Positions 35,284-44,580 of a stretch of DNA of 64,000 nucleotides are shown here, piece after piece (position 1 is the stretch's first letter; each line of letters opens with the position of its first letter). The position numbers and the translations under genes were made by a program. This DNA is from an uncultured Eubacteriales bacterium. GTDB taxonomy: Bacteria > Bacillota > Clostridia > Oscillospirales > CAG-272. The stretch spans positions 156,157 through 220,156 of the forward strand of contig CAJUIQ010000001.1 in the NCBI GenBank assembly GCA_910586545.1, read 5' to 3'. The notes under the pieces are model-generated. The model did not search any database. It saw only the letters and a program-made list of their open reading frames with translations, and had not been told where the DNA came from.

Positions 35284-35634
35284 ATGCGGTCCGACGAGAT
35301 CGCAGGGAAGGACATGGTTATAACAATGAGAAAGAATGAAGAAAAACGCGTAAGCGTGATTAAGATTATCGCTATATCCGCAGGAGTTGCACTGCTGATT
35401 GTCTCAGTAGCAGCATTGCTCTACAAATTTTTCAAAAAATATTTCCGCATTTCTTTTGACTGCGGCGACTGTGATACCTGCTGTCAGGATTGTTTCGGAG
35501 ACGAATTCGACCCGCTGTGCAGCTGCGATGAGGATTTTGCACCTGGATGCAGTATTTGTGACGAGTGCGATGCTGCTGATTGTGCAGATGCGCAGGATGA
35601 CGCTGGCGATGCTACAGCGGCAGAAGAGGCATAA
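35284..35634 (+). CDS. membrane-anchored Cys/Asp-rich small protein
   Basis: One TM helix (IKIIAISAGVALLIVSVAALLY), then a 60-aa tail with 12 Cys and many Asp/Glu. The start could be 35314 or 35326. Confidence 0.55.
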   Translation: MRSDEIAGKDMVITMRKNEEKRVSVIKIIAISAGVALLIVSVAALLYKFFKKYFRISFDCGDCDTCCQDCFGDEFDPLCSCDEDFAPGCSICDECDAADCADAQDDAGDATAAEEA

Positions 35635-35747
35635 ACGGGCAAAGGCAAGCTGCGTCTTGGCAAGGGCGTTTTTGCATGCAAAAAATGGATATCTATGCGA
35701 AAGCGGACCTGAGAAGCGTCCGCTTTCTTTATGTATGGAGAGAATGT

Positions 35748-36809
35748 ATGAAGCTTAGAAAACTTGCAGGGGGACTTTGTATTTTACTGATCCTGTCGCT
35801 GGCGGTTTCCTGTGACAAGGAGAGGCCTGCGGCCAAACCAGAGGAATCTACCAGGGCTACAAATTGGCGCAATCGAATTGAATACGATGGCTCCTTTTAT
35901 GTATCGCAGGAAATAAAGCTCTTATATTCTTTGGATAAGGGAAGTATAACCCTCTGGGACGATAAAGGGAGTGGGGATGTGTTGCAAAAGCTGTCCTATG
36001 ATACTACCGTCCCCGATGCGATGGAAAATCTAATTCGGACAGATGTAAACGGGGATGGATATGCAGACCTGCAAACAGTGTACAGCCAGGAGCAGGGGCA
36101 GTCTTGTTACAATCTATGGCTTTGGAGTGAGCAGGCAGGGATGTATCAGGCGTGTGGAAGGTATCGTCTAATCAAGAATCCACAACCGGATCCACAGGCG
36201 GGAACAGTCAGCAGTACGCTTCAGACGGAAGCGTTTGGAACGGTGCAATCTACCTATCGGTTTACGGATGCACTGGATTTGGAGGCTATTTCCCAGGAAA
36301 TGATAGACGCGGACTTTGTGGCGTCGGCGATTGCTGCAGCCCTTACGGGAGATGCCGCCGTAGTGTCGGCAGAAGGACCGGCCACAATAGGCGGAGAAGA
36401 ATGTGCCGCTTATACGGTGGGAACAGGTATGAACGGCAGCGGCGCTTATATTGCGTATTTACCGGATGCCGTTTGGTATATAGATATGTATTGCCTGGGG
36501 GCGTATCGTTCTGTGGAATGGAAGGAAGGCGCTTATACTTTAGGTGCTTACATGGACGAGGCAGGTCAGGTGCAGGACTTAGCATCGGCATATAAAAAGG
36601 GGATTCGGGAAATTACCATTACGGCTAAGGAAAACGGAGCTTTTGATATTTGGGGTGCTGTTCGGTATACGGTAGAAGCGGACGGCGGATTTTTGTGTTT
36701 TTTATGCAAAACTGAGTCTGGAAACTGGTATATTTCCACAGATGGCACTGCTTACTGTGACTTTGCAAAAGGCGAAGTGGGCGCGGCCAGCGAATATACT
36801 TTTTCATAA
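35748..36809 (+). CDS. hypothetical lipoprotein
   Basis: Lipobox LSLAVSC after a signal peptide. GGAGAG RBS. I recognise no family. Confidence 0.6.
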   Translation: MKLRKLAGGLCILLILSLAVSCDKERPAAKPEESTRATNWRNRIEYDGSFYVSQEIKLLYSLDKGSITLWDDKGSGDVLQKLSYDTTVPDAMENLIRTDVNGDGYADLQTVYSQEQGQSCYNLWLWSEQAGMYQACGRYRLIKNPQPDPQAGTVSSTLQTEAFGTVQSTYRFTDALDLEAISQEMIDADFVASAIAAALTGDAAVVSAEGPATIGGEECAAYTVGTGMNGSGAYIAYLPDAVWYIDMYCLGAYRSVEWKEGAYTLGAYMDEAGQVQDLASAYKKGIREITITAKENGAFDIWGAVRYTVEADGGFLCFLCKTESGNWYISTDGTAYCDFAKGEVGAASEYTFS

Positions 36810-36832
36810 GGGACAATAAAAGGAGGATGCGG

Positions 36833-37396
36833 ATGTTTACAAAAAAGATCAGTGAGGCGGAAAAAGAAGCCGCAAGAAAAAAGGTGCGGGAAGTGTTTGG
36901 AGAGTGCCAGGAAATTACGGATAAGCCGCTTCGCCCATTTATGCTTAAGTGGCTTTCTGCCTTTGCCCCGGATATGGAATACTACGATGCAAAGTCTTTT
37001 TGCCTGCCTCGGCGGATGTATCAAAATAATCTATGGCATGCATTCAGCTTTCAGAAAACAGATTGTTATATGGGTGAGATGGCGAATGAGGCTTTTGCAG
37101 GGGGATTTTCCGATGCGTGTTATATTTTTTTGAATCGTGAACAGCTTTTGTTTCAAATTCCGGATGGGGGAATCCTTACACCGGAGCTGGTGTCCGCCTG
37201 TGACAATATTATTGTAACAGATAAGAACTTTTCCTACACGTATGTGTATACGGGGAAGGAAAACACCGGGCCCTATTTTAAAACGGCAGAAGGCTTGGCC
37301 GACGCCTTTGTGGAGGCAGGAGAAGACGAGCCGGAACCGGAGGAAGAGGGCTTTTCCGTACCTGATATGGATAGCGAGGATCCTTTTGTCTTATGA
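36833..37396 (+). CDS. hypothetical cytoplasmic protein (DUF4275-like), acidic C-terminus
   Basis: The NNLWHAFSF...GEMANEAF pattern recalls DUF4275. ATG 6 nt after GGAGG. Confidence 0.5.
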   Translation: MFTKKISEAEKEAARKKVREVFGECQEITDKPLRPFMLKWLSAFAPDMEYYDAKSFCLPRRMYQNNLWHAFSFQKTDCYMGEMANEAFAGGFSDACYIFLNREQLLFQIPDGGILTPELVSACDNIIVTDKNFSYTYVYTGKENTGPYFKTAEGLADAFVEAGEDEPEPEEEGFSVPDMDSEDPFVL

Positions 37397-37440
37397 CAAA
37401 GGGATCTTTTTATATTGCGTTGGAGCCGGCGTAATATAAG

Positions 37441-37471
37441 ACACCTCCCAGGGTAAAACCCTGGGAGGTGT
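37441..37471. other. 13-bp-stem hairpin between convergent genes (possible terminator, no U-tract)
   Basis: ACACCTCCCAGGG-TAAAA-CCCTGGGAGGTGT. Confidence 0.4.
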
Positions 37472-37477
37472 AAAAAA

Positions 37478-39058
37478 TTAGTTTCCGAGAGATTTTGTGG
37501 CTTTTACGGTTACATCTTCACCGTAGCAGCTGAACATAGCGTCTACTTTTTTAGCGTCCGGCTTTGGAGAAAGCAGGCTGATTATTGGCACCAACAGCAA
37601 TCCGCCTATCATGGCAAACACACCGGAGTATAGAGAATTTTTGAAAATCAGCCCCAGAATGCCTCCTTCTACGGTAAACACACCCATGGAAATGAGCATC
37701 TGCACAGTCATCAAACAGGAAGAAAACAAAAAGCTTACGGCTACAGCCGCTTTGGTGGTCCGTTTCCAGTACAGTCCATATAGGAAGGGAGCTAAGAAGG
37801 CACCTGCAAGCGCGCCCCAGGAAACCCCCATCATTTGTGCAATCATAGAGAAGTTGAAGGTATCTTTTAAAACTGCCAGTACTGCAGAAACAATAATGAA
37901 AAAGAGAATAAACAGACGCAGGATAAAGAGCTGCGTTTTTTCTTTTGTCTCCTTTTTGCGCATAGGCAAGATTACATCCAGAGTGAGTGTAGAACTGGAA
38001 GTGAGAACCAGACTGGACAGAGTAGACATGGACGCGGACAATACCAGCACCATGACGACAGCAATAATCACGCCGGGCATTTTCGAAAGCATAGTGGGAA
38101 TAATGCTGTCTGTCATCAGCTTGCCGGACGCGTCGTACAGGGCAGGGCTGTCGTATAGACGGCCGAATCCGCCGAGGAAGTAGCAGCCGCCCGACACAAT
38201 AATAGCAAATATCGTAGAGATAATCGTCCCTTTTTTTATGGCGTCCTCATTTTTAATGGAGTAGAATTTGCCAACCATTTGCGGAAGTCCCCATGTGCCA
38301 AGGGATGTGAGCAATACGACGATCAGCAGATAAAAAGGCTGCGGTCCTACAAAGGAGCTGTAAGCGCCCTCCAGAGCACCGGCCTCCGGCGCCTGCACAT
38401 GAGACAGGGAAATGATGGACTGACTCAGACCGCCGTTATCTGCCAGAACTGCCGCTATAACTGCTACAATTCCGCCCAGCATGATGATGCCCTGGATAAA
38501 ATCGTTAATGGCGGTGGCCATATATCCGCCAAAAATTACGTACAGGCCGGTAAGCCCTGCCATAACAGCAATGACTACCCAGTAGGGAATGTCAAAGGCA
38601 ATATGGAACAGGCTGGAAAGACCGTTGTACAGGGAGGCGGTGTATGGAATCAAAAAGATAAAAACAATAAAAGAAGCAGCAATTTTGAGCTTGCCGGAGT
38701 CAAACCGCTTCCCGAAAAAGTCCGGCATGGTTTTGGTGGAAAGATGCTGGGTCATAATCCGGGTTCTCCGTCCCAGAATCACCCATGCCAGCAGAGAACC
38801 GATGAAGGCGTTTCCAAGGCCGATCCAGGTAGACGCCATACCGAAGTTCCAGCCAAACTGACCTGCGTATCCTACAAATACTACCGCCGAAAAATAAGAG
38901 GTGCCAAACGCAAAGGCGGACAGCCAGGGTCCAACAGAACGTCCGCCCAGTACAAATCCGTTGACGTTTGTTGCGTGCCGGCGGCAGTACAGGCCGATTC
39001 CGGTCATCACAGCAAAGAAGATCAGCAGCAGCGCTGCGGTTAATACTTTTGTAAACAT
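37478..39058 (-). CDS. sodium:solute symporter (SSS) family transporter
   Basis: About 13 TM helices, N-terminal ..GFVLGGRSVGPWLSAFAFGTSYFSAVVFVGYAG, typical of the SSS family. Confidence 0.85.
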   Translation of the reverse strand: MFTKVLTAALLLIFFAVMTGIGLYCRRHATNVNGFVLGGRSVGPWLSAFAFGTSYFSAVVFVGYAGQFGWNFGMASTWIGLGNAFIGSLLAWVILGRRTRIMTQHLSTKTMPDFFGKRFDSGKLKIAASFIVFIFLIPYTASLYNGLSSLFHIAFDIPYWVVIAVMAGLTGLYVIFGGYMATAINDFIQGIIMLGGIVAVIAAVLADNGGLSQSIISLSHVQAPEAGALEGAYSSFVGPQPFYLLIVVLLTSLGTWGLPQMVGKFYSIKNEDAIKKGTIISTIFAIIVSGGCYFLGGFGRLYDSPALYDASGKLMTDSIIPTMLSKMPGVIIAVVMVLVLSASMSTLSSLVLTSSSTLTLDVILPMRKKETKEKTQLFILRLFILFFIIVSAVLAVLKDTFNFSMIAQMMGVSWGALAGAFLAPFLYGLYWKRTTKAAVAVSFLFSSCLMTVQMLISMGVFTVEGGILGLIFKNSLYSGVFAMIGGLLLVPIISLLSPKPDAKKVDAMFSCYGEDVTVKATKSLGN

Positions 39059-39082
39059 ATGCCCTCCGAAGAATATTATAAA

Positions 39083-40717
39083 TTATTTTGTAGTCTGGGC
39101 CTCTACCAAACTGCCGCCGCAGTAGATGCCGCGCAACTTGGGCTTTTCAATTTTTCCCGTAGGGTTTCTGGGAACATTGGCAAAAATGATTTTTCGTGGC
39201 CGCTTATACCGGGGAAGCTCCTGGCAAAATACGTCGATTTCTTCCTCTGTGGCGGTACATCCCGGTTTTAGTTCAATCACTGCGGCTGCGATTTCTCCCA
39301 GACGGTCGTCCGGCAGGCCGATTACCGCCGCATCTTTGATTTTTTCATTACTACGCAAAAAATCCTCGATCTGCACCGGATAAATATTTTCGCCTCCGGT
39401 GATAATCACATCTTTTTTGCGGTCTACTAGATAAATAAACCCGTCCTCATCGCACCGTGCCATATCCCCGGTCCAAAGCCAGCCGTCCCGCAGGATTTCT
39501 TTAGTAGCTGTGGGATTTTTATAATAGCACTGCATCACGCCTGGTCCACGGACGCACAGCTCGCCTACTTCTCCATCGGGAACTTGTCCGCCTGTGCTAT
39601 CCAAAATTTTTGCTTCCCATAAATATCCGGGAATGCCGATGGCACCCACCTTGCTGATATTTTCTACTCCAAGATGTACGCAGCCGGGACCAATGGATTC
39701 CGATAGGCCGTAGTTGGTATCGTATTGGTGATGCGGGAAAACCTGCATCCAGCGTTTGATCAGGCTGGGGGGAACAGGCTGTGCTCCGATATGCATCAGC
39801 CGCCACTGGGACAGCCGATATTTTTCCAGTCGAAGGTCACCCCGGTCAATGGCGTCCAAAATATCCTGTGCCCACGGCACCAGCAGCCACACGATGGTGG
39901 CCTTTTCCTGACTTACCGTCTGTAGGATCCATTCTGGGCTGACGCCTCGGAGCAGTACGGATCTGCTGCCAGAAAGAAGGCTGCCAAACCAGTGCATTTT
40001 GGCGCCGGTATGGTAAAGTGGGGGGATACACAGAAACACATCGTCTCGAGTTTGGCCGTGATGGGCCTGCTCGGTTCTTGCAGAATTGATAAGAGCCTTA
40101 TGTATATGGAGAATTGCTTTGGGAAAACCTGTGGTGCCGGAGGAAAAGTAGATTGCGGCTTCATCCTCCTCCTTCAGTTCAATGGCCGGCGCTGTCTTGG
40201 AACAGTATGTAAGGTATTGACAGAAATCTTCCGCACCAGAGGGGATGTCTTTCCCCACAAAGAAAACGGTGGAAAGCCCCTGCACATTTTCCTGAATTTG
40301 CGCCACTCTGTCTGTAAATTCCGGTCCATAGATCAGGGTAGTAGAATCGGACAGTTCCAGACAATACTGAATTTCCTCTGCGGTGTAGCGATAATTCATA
40401 GGAACGGCAAGCGCACCGGTCTTTAAGATGCCAAAATAAATGGGGAGCCATTCCAGACTGTTCATCAGAAGAATGGCTACCTTGTCTCCACGTTTGATCC
40501 CTCTGGTCAGGAGCAAATTTGCGGCTTGATTGGCTTTTTGTTCAAATTGCCGCCAGGTAATGGCGCGGCGGTATTTTTCCCCTTCCGCCGTTTCAATCAG
40601 ATTGTATTCCCGCCAGGTTGTAGTTCGGCTGGGATGATTTTCCGGATTAATTTCCACAAGAGCTTCTTCTTCTGGATACAGCCTTGCGTTCCGGTCTAGT
40701 AAATCTACGATGGTCAT
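39083..40717 (-). CDS. AMP-forming acyl-CoA synthetase (ANL superfamily)
   Basis: YFSSGTTGFPKAI P-loop, WLWTGD, GENIYP, and C-terminal PRNPTGKI. Start at the ATG after GGAGGAAGG. Confidence 0.88.
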   Translation of the reverse strand: MTIVDLLDRNARLYPEEEALVEINPENHPSRTTTWREYNLIETAEGEKYRRAITWRQFEQKANQAANLLLTRGIKRGDKVAILLMNSLEWLPIYFGILKTGALAVPMNYRYTAEEIQYCLELSDSTTLIYGPEFTDRVAQIQENVQGLSTVFFVGKDIPSGAEDFCQYLTYCSKTAPAIELKEEDEAAIYFSSGTTGFPKAILHIHKALINSARTEQAHHGQTRDDVFLCIPPLYHTGAKMHWFGSLLSGSRSVLLRGVSPEWILQTVSQEKATIVWLLVPWAQDILDAIDRGDLRLEKYRLSQWRLMHIGAQPVPPSLIKRWMQVFPHHQYDTNYGLSESIGPGCVHLGVENISKVGAIGIPGYLWEAKILDSTGGQVPDGEVGELCVRGPGVMQCYYKNPTATKEILRDGWLWTGDMARCDEDGFIYLVDRKKDVIITGGENIYPVQIEDFLRSNEKIKDAAVIGLPDDRLGEIAAAVIELKPGCTATEEEIDVFCQELPRYKRPRKIIFANVPRNPTGKIEKPKLRGIYCGGSLVEAQTTK

Positions 40718-40749
40718 ATGGATTCCTTCCTCCATTTTATAAGACATAT

Positions 40750-41045
40750 AAAAAGTCCTCATGAAGCAACAGCTTCATGAGGACGAATCAACCGCGGTAC
40801 CACCTCAATTGCCCCAGAGGGGCCTCTCACAGGCACGACACCGCGACCAATGTGCAGTGTATAGCCTTGGCGCAACTTTAACGGACGCCAACCCGTCGCT
40901 GCCTACTAGAGCAAACATACTTTTTCAGAGCGAAACTCACGAGATGTAATTCGCCTTTGCCATCCTACCGTCTTTCACCATCCGACGGCTCTCTGAAAGG
41001 GATACAGCTAGGGTACTCGTTCCCGGTCACTGTCTTTTTATATAC
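40750..41045 (-). promoter_or_regulatory. T-box riboswitch leader
   Basis: Minus strand carries AGAGAG (40989-40994), distal loop UGGUGAAAG, F-box CCGUUA (40879-40884), T-box GGUGGUACCGCG (40793-40804), then terminator hairpin 40755-40784 + U5. Confidence 0.85.
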
Positions 41046-41051
41046 GAATGT

Positions 41052-41080
41052 ATCTTATCACAAAGAAAAGATTTTGTCAA
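41052..41080 (-). promoter_or_regulatory. sigma-A promoter of the T-box leader
   Basis: Minus strand reads TTGACA-17 nt-TAAGAT. Confidence 0.6.
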
Positions 41081-41106
41081 GAGTAGACGAAAATAAATTT
41101 ATCCGC

Positions 41107-42207
41107 TTATTTACGAGTTTGGTATGCCTGCATCAGCTCTTCAATCTTTGTATGGGGATCCAGCAGTGTGGAGACAGAATTACCTGTATGCACAGAGAAA
41201 ATATAAAAGGAAATATATTTCAGCAAATCCACTTCTCTGTACCAGGATGCGCTGGTGACCGCTGGGCTGCGGTAGGACGCATTGGTGACAAAGACAGCTT
41301 CCAAAAGTCCGTTTTTAAAGGCAGCGTCAAATCTTTCTGTTCCGCCGGTAAAAAATCCGAAGGTGACGCCTACGAACACCCGCTTCGCGCCAAATTCTTT
41401 GATTCGTTTCACGGAATCCAACATAGAATCCCCTGAAGCAATGATATCGTCTATAATCAGCACGTCCTTGCCCGCCACATCCGGGCCAATATATTTGTGC
41501 AGCTCTACCGGATTCTTTCCATCCTGCACTTTTTTTACATTTCTTCTCTTATAGAACATGCCGAGGTCTATGCCAAGTTCGTTTGCATAGGCAAAATTTC
41601 GATTGATTCCGCCAAAATCCGGACTGACCACCACCATATGCTCTTCATCAAAGCGTAAGTCTTTAAAACTACCGCACAGGGCTTTGATGGTTTGATATGT
41701 AGGCATCAGGTTGTCAAATCCCATAAAAGGAGTGGCGTTCTGCACGCGGCTATCGTGGAGATCAAAGGACATCACGTTGGAAACGCCGATGGATTCCAGA
41801 TGCTGCAGAGCCACGGCACAGTCCAGAGATTCTCTGGCCACGCGTCTGTCCTGACGGGCGCTGTATAAAAAGGGAGCGATTACGTTTACCCGGTCCGCTT
41901 TACCGCCGATAGCGGAAATGGCGCGCACCAGATTTTGAAAGTGGTCGTCCGGGGACATACTATTCTCCCGATCAAAGATGGTGTATGTCTGGCTGTAGTT
42001 GCCTACGTCCACCAGAATGTACACATCTTTTCCACGGACAGAATTTTGCAGTACCGCTTTTGCGTCTCCTGTGGCGAATCGGGGTAGTTCTACCGGCAGA
42101 ATCTCACAGGGGACATCCTTGCAGACTGTTTGCAGATAGGCGAGAATTCCCGTGGCCATCCATTCCATTCCCGGAAGGGGCAGCAGCGCAATTGCAGTTT
42201 GATCCAT
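41107..42207 (-). CDS. prs: ribose-phosphate pyrophosphokinase family protein
   Basis: DLHD, VVVSPDFGG and PRPP-binding loop VLIIDDIIASGDS. Confidence 0.8.
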   Translation of the reverse strand: MDQTAIALLPLPGMEWMATGILAYLQTVCKDVPCEILPVELPRFATGDAKAVLQNSVRGKDVYILVDVGNYSQTYTIFDRENSMSPDDHFQNLVRAISAIGGKADRVNVIAPFLYSARQDRRVARESLDCAVALQHLESIGVSNVMSFDLHDSRVQNATPFMGFDNLMPTYQTIKALCGSFKDLRFDEEHMVVVSPDFGGINRNFAYANELGIDLGMFYKRRNVKKVQDGKNPVELHKYIGPDVAGKDVLIIDDIIASGDSMLDSVKRIKEFGAKRVFVGVTFGFFTGGTERFDAAFKNGLLEAVFVTNASYRSPAVTSASWYREVDLLKYISFYIFSVHTGNSVSTLLDPHTKIEELMQAYQTRK

Positions 42208-42245
42208 TTTTTATGGCCGATCCTTTCTTTGCATAATAAGTCTCT

Positions 42246-43187
42246 TTATTCCTGTTCCAATAGTTCCACAATTCGGATGAAATTTGCGGGTGGATCACAA
42301 CGGAAGGTCACCTGTCGGCCTGTGGACGGGTGGACAAAGGAAAGTTCCCCAGCATGCAGACATTGTCCATGAAACAGTGTGGGATGTTTTTTTTCAAAAG
42401 GAGCTTGTCCGCCTCCATATACGGGATCCCCTAAAACGGGATGCCCCATATACGCCATATGTACCCGAATTTGATGGGTACGTCCTGTTTCCAGCCGCAT
42501 CCTGCACAGGGTATGCCCTGTAAGGGGGCGCACAGGTTCATAGTGGGTAACGGCACGTCGGCCCCCGTCTTGCAGTACTGCCATTTTTTTGCGGTCCGTC
42601 CGGTGTCTGCCGATGGGAGCATTTACCGTTCCTCCCTCCAAAATTTTACCCCGGAGAACAGCGCTGTAGCTTCGATACATGGAGTGGTCTTCCAACTGCG
42701 CGGCAAGAGAAAGATGCGCAGCATTGTTTTTGGCCACTGCGATCAGTCCGCTGGTATCCCGGTCAATCCGGTGGACGATGCCGGGGCGGATGATTCCATT
42801 TATATCAGACAGGCTGTCTCCCGTATGATATAAAAGGGCGGAGACAAGGGTTCCGTCCGTATGGCCTGGCGCCGGATGGACCACCATTCCCTGCGGCTTG
42901 TTTACTACTACAATGTCGTTGTCTTCGTATACAATGTCCAGGGGGATGTTTTCTGGTCGCACCTCACATTCCCGTACCGGAGGCAGGGAGACGGCAAACG
43001 AGTCTCCTGCTTCTACCCGCAGGCTTTTTGAGACGGTTTCTCCGGCTTTTGTTACTGCTCCTGCGTCCAGCAGATGCTGGACGGCGCTGCGGGACATGGA
43101 CAGCGCTGCGGACAAAACCACGTCCACCCGTTTACCGGCCGTTTCTTCTGTCGCAGTTACGGTTTGTTCTTCCTGGTACAGGTTCAT
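42246..43187 (-). CDS. rluD: RluA-family 23S rRNA pseudouridine synthase (RluD-like)
   Basis: N-terminal S4 domain, catalytic HRIDRDTSGL, and HQIRVH. Confidence 0.88.
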   Translation of the reverse strand: MNLYQEEQTVTATEETAGKRVDVVLSAALSMSRSAVQHLLDAGAVTKAGETVSKSLRVEAGDSFAVSLPPVRECEVRPENIPLDIVYEDNDIVVVNKPQGMVVHPAPGHTDGTLVSALLYHTGDSLSDINGIIRPGIVHRIDRDTSGLIAVAKNNAAHLSLAAQLEDHSMYRSYSAVLRGKILEGGTVNAPIGRHRTDRKKMAVLQDGGRRAVTHYEPVRPLTGHTLCRMRLETGRTHQIRVHMAYMGHPVLGDPVYGGGQAPFEKKHPTLFHGQCLHAGELSFVHPSTGRQVTFRCDPPANFIRIVELLEQE

Positions 43188-43696
43188 GCGTCTGCCTCAC
43201 CGTCAGAAGCCGCCGCGTCTTTTTTGCCGCTGTTTTGTTTTTTTCTGTTTTGTACTTCGGAAAGGATCAAATACAGGATCAGCAGCCCGCAGCCGACACA
43301 CACAAAAGCGTCCGCTACGTTGAATATGTAAGGAAAGTGGATCAGTTCTACCTCCACAAAGTCAATAACAGCGCCCCGCAAAATTCGGTCAATCATATTG
43401 CCAATGCCGCCTCCCAAAATCATGCCGAGGGACAGACACACCAGGATGCTCTTCGGTTTTTCACGCCAGAGGTAAAAGAGAATTGCGACAATGGCGATTA
43501 CAGATAAGATCATAAAGATCCAGCGATGCTCAGCTAAAATACCAAAGGCGGCTCCTTTATTTTCAATATAGGTAAGGCGAAAAACGCCTCTGATTCCTTC
43601 CACAGAGGCGCCTTCACTAATATTTTGCACGACCAGAAGCTTTGTTATCTGATCCAGAAATATAGCGGCAGCCGCTACTACAAGACACAAAATCAT
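43184..43696 (-). CDS. lspA: lipoprotein signal peptidase II
   Basis: ..DQITK.., NKGAAFG and FNVAD motifs, 4 TM helices. Confidence 0.88.
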   Translation of the reverse strand: MILCLVVAAAAIFLDQITKLLVVQNISEGASVEGIRGVFRLTYIENKGAAFGILAEHRWIFMILSVIAIVAILFYLWREKPKSILVCLSLGMILGGGIGNMIDRILRGAVIDFVEVELIHFPYIFNVADAFVCVGCGLLILYLILSEVQNRKKQNSGKKDAAASDGEADA

Positions 43697-43719
43697 ATTT
43701 TGTATATGCCTTTCTGGGA

Positions 43720-44550
43720 TTATTTATCGTTATTTTCTGTAAATTCTCGCAGATATTGATAATAGTCCGTTTCTTTCGCGGTAGTAGAAACGGTTTCCGT
43801 ATCGAAGGAATAAATTTTCTCCGTTTCCTCGTCTCCTCCGGTGAAGAAGTCATCTTCCTCATCTTCTTCCACAAACTCCTGGGGTTGGGATTCGGTTTCT
43901 ATTTCTTCTTTTACAGGCGGTGCCTCCTCCTGTACGACAGGCGCATCTGCCTCCGGCATCTTTTCTTCTTCTTCTTCTTCTTTCTTTGGAAAGATACTGT
44001 TTGGGGGATATTCTGTAAACACAGGCACCTCTGCCTCCGGCTCTCCAGGTTCTTCAAAGGTGTTCACTGCGTCGGCAAGACTACCATAATCCGGTTCAGC
44101 TACAGGAGACTGGGCGGCGTTTGCAATGGCTTCGATCATTTCAATATGACCGCTGTACAGATTGAACAGCTGGTCTTTAAAATCGGCGGCTTGAGTACGC
44201 ATCACGTCTATTACCTGCATACGGTTTGCCACTTCATCATCCATTTGGGACACGATTTTACCGCATTCTGCCCGCGCTTCGTCCAGCAGTGTGGCCGCCC
44301 GTTCTTTCGCATTCAGAATCATAGCCGCCGCCGCTTTTTTTGAGTCCGCAATATTTTGCCGCAATTCGTCTTCTGCTTTGGACAAGCTTTCAATCAGATC
44401 TTCCGCCAAACGGATGCGTTTTTCCAGTTCCATGATCCGGCCCTGGAGAAACTGATTTTTTGCCCCGAGATTTTCAATATATACATCTACCGCTTCCGGA
44501 TCGTACCCTTTTTTCACTAGGGGAAATCTTTGTGTGGAATCTGTATTCAT
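43720..44550 (-). CDS. divIVA: DivIVA domain protein
   Basis: FPLVKKGYDPEAVDVYI N-terminal DivIVA motif, coiled coil, and an E-rich tail. Confidence 0.85.
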   Translation of the reverse strand: MNTDSTQRFPLVKKGYDPEAVDVYIENLGAKNQFLQGRIMELEKRIRLAEDLIESLSKAEDELRQNIADSKKAAAAMILNAKERAATLLDEARAECGKIVSQMDDEVANRMQVIDVMRTQAADFKDQLFNLYSGHIEMIEAIANAAQSPVAEPDYGSLADAVNTFEEPGEPEAEVPVFTEYPPNSIFPKKEEEEEEKMPEADAPVVQEEAPPVKEEIETESQPQEFVEEDEEDDFFTGGDEETEKIYSFDTETVSTTAKETDYYQYLREFTENNDK

Positions 44551-44580
44551 AACGCCGCGTCCTTTCTGCCTGTCATTGTA

